Origin: Nitrospirota bacterium
Lineage (GTDB): Bacteria; Nitrospirota; Thermodesulfovibrionia; Thermodesulfovibrionales; JdFR-88
Assembly: GCA_014874185.1 (NCBI GenBank)
Contig: JACWAF010000033.1
Location: forward strand, 21,234 to 85,233
Direction: 5' to 3'
Length of the DNA stretch: 64,000 nt
Both the position numbers and the translations under genes were made by a program. A model generated the notes under the pieces. That model was not told the DNA's origin and searched no databases. It saw only the letters and a program-made list of their open reading frames with translations. This document shows, piece by piece, positions 63,371-64,000 of the stretch; the stretch's first letter is position 1; each line of letters opens with the position of its first letter.

Positions 63371-64000
63371 TGAAAAAGACGATTGCCATCCTTGCAGTAG
63401 TGCTTGCCCTTTGGGCCGGGCCGCTCTTCGCCTCCGCTTTCGAGCTTGACAGGGTAGTGGCCGTGGTAAACAAGGACGTTATAACCTGGGCCGAGCTTTA
63501 CAGGGCCATGGAATTCGAATTCGGCCAGAAGATGACATCTCTGGACCCGAAAGGCAGGGACGCCTTTTTCAAGCAGAACGAGAGTCCCTTCCTGGACAGG
63601 ATGATCGAGATGAATCTTCAGCTGCAGGAGGCCGAAAAGCTGGGGCTGAAAGCCGACGATGCCGAGATAAAGGACGCCATAGACTCCATCAAGAAGCGGT
63701 ACTCGATGGACGACAGCGCCTTCCAGGCGGCCCTTAAGAAAGAGGGGTTCACCCTGGAAGAATACAAGAAAAAACTCTCCGACCAGATAGCGATAGGCAA
63801 GGTCATCTCCAGGGAAGTGCGTGATAAGATCGTCATAACCGATCAGGACGTAAACGCCTATATAGCGAAGAAGGGCATGAAGGCGCAGTCCGGAGAATCT
63901 TATCGTCTTTCCCATATCCTCTTTCCCGCGGCGGCGGAAGATGAGTTCGCGGCCGCCGAGGAAAAGGCCAAAGCGGCGCTGGCGAAGATACGCTCCGGCC
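63370..64000 (+). CDS. surA: SurA-like periplasmic chaperone / peptidyl-prolyl isomerase; 3' end cut by window edge
   Basis: Not in the ORF track because no stop lies in the window. ATG at 63370 overlaps the upstream TGA by 1 nt. MKKTIAILAVVLALWAGPLFASA signal peptide, then DRVVAVVNKDVITWAELY and a SurA_N pattern. Confidence 0.7.
   Translation, partial: MKKTIAILAVVLALWAGPLFASAFELDRVVAVVNKDVITWAELYRAMEFEFGQKMTSLDPKGRDAFFKQNESPFLDRMIEMNLQLQEAEKLGLKADDAEIKDAIDSIKKRYSMDDSAFQAALKKEGFTLEEYKKKLSDQIAIGKVISREVRDKIVITDQDVNAYIAKKGMKAQSGESYRLSHILFPAAAEDEFAAAEEKAKAALAKIRSG

Noticed and set aside
1-64000. Scan for tRNA, rRNA, tmRNA, RNase P, transposase, integrase and prophage genes
   Set aside because: Nothing recognisable was seen by eye in the intergenic regions or the ORF translations. 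This is a visual scan only, and a covariance-model search (tRNAscan or Infernal type) would be needed to be certain.

Overview
GC-rich bacterial chromosomal window. It is almost fully coding and looks like core genome rather than an island. By eye I found no rRNA, tRNA, CRISPR array, transposase, integrase or phage genes.

Left to right:
- The 3' part of a PEP-utilizing (swivel-domain) enzyme gene, followed by two cell-envelope genes (a beta-propeller family protein and a GT4 glycosyltransferase).
- A complete complex I operon, nuoA-B-CD-E-F-G-H-I-J-K-L-M-N (3665-18092), with fused nuoCD and a long nuoG.
- A membrane-anchored monoheme cytochrome c gene placed 1 nt upstream of a Tat-less narGHJI-type nitrate reductase / nitrite oxidoreductase-like operon (18216-25072).
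- A Rieske protein and a single-polypeptide cytochrome b + subunit IV + diheme cytochrome c fusion (25062-27583).
- An oxidative pentose-phosphate block, rpiB-zwf-pgl-gnd, that starts with an ATGA overlap on the cytochrome b-c gene. An HAD hydrolase follows, and tal and tkt lie convergent to it.
- A long minus-strand array from 50588 down to 36512: pheA-hisC-aroF-tyrA-aroA-cmk-plsC-ispH-rpsA-sppA-ihfB, then a second, split Rieske/cytochrome b6/subunit IV set, then an MrfA/YprA-type helicase.
- An HsdR_N-like small protein, a pentaheme cytochrome c, yceD-rpmF-plsX-fabH, an SPFH/NfeD pair, an AmmeMemoRadiSam-type radical SAM enzyme, an XRE regulator, rimI-tsaB, an MFS transporter and two SurA-like chaperones.

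Items worth a second look:
1. The co-linear complex I / cytochrome c + NarGHJI / bc-complex arrangement, and the two non-identical bc-type complexes. The fused one has PEWN in place of the Qo PEWY motif.
2. Two reading frames that continue cleanly through an in-frame TGA: the pentaheme cytochrome, and a small Cys-rich ORF where the TGA sits in a C-x-x-U context. These are selenocysteine candidates, or alternatively pseudogenes or sequencing errors.
3. At least three families of structured intergenic repeats. They include MITE-like units with terminal inverted repeats, and some supply the last codons or stop codons of adjacent genes.

All functional calls rest on motif and family recognition by eye. 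No database search was run.
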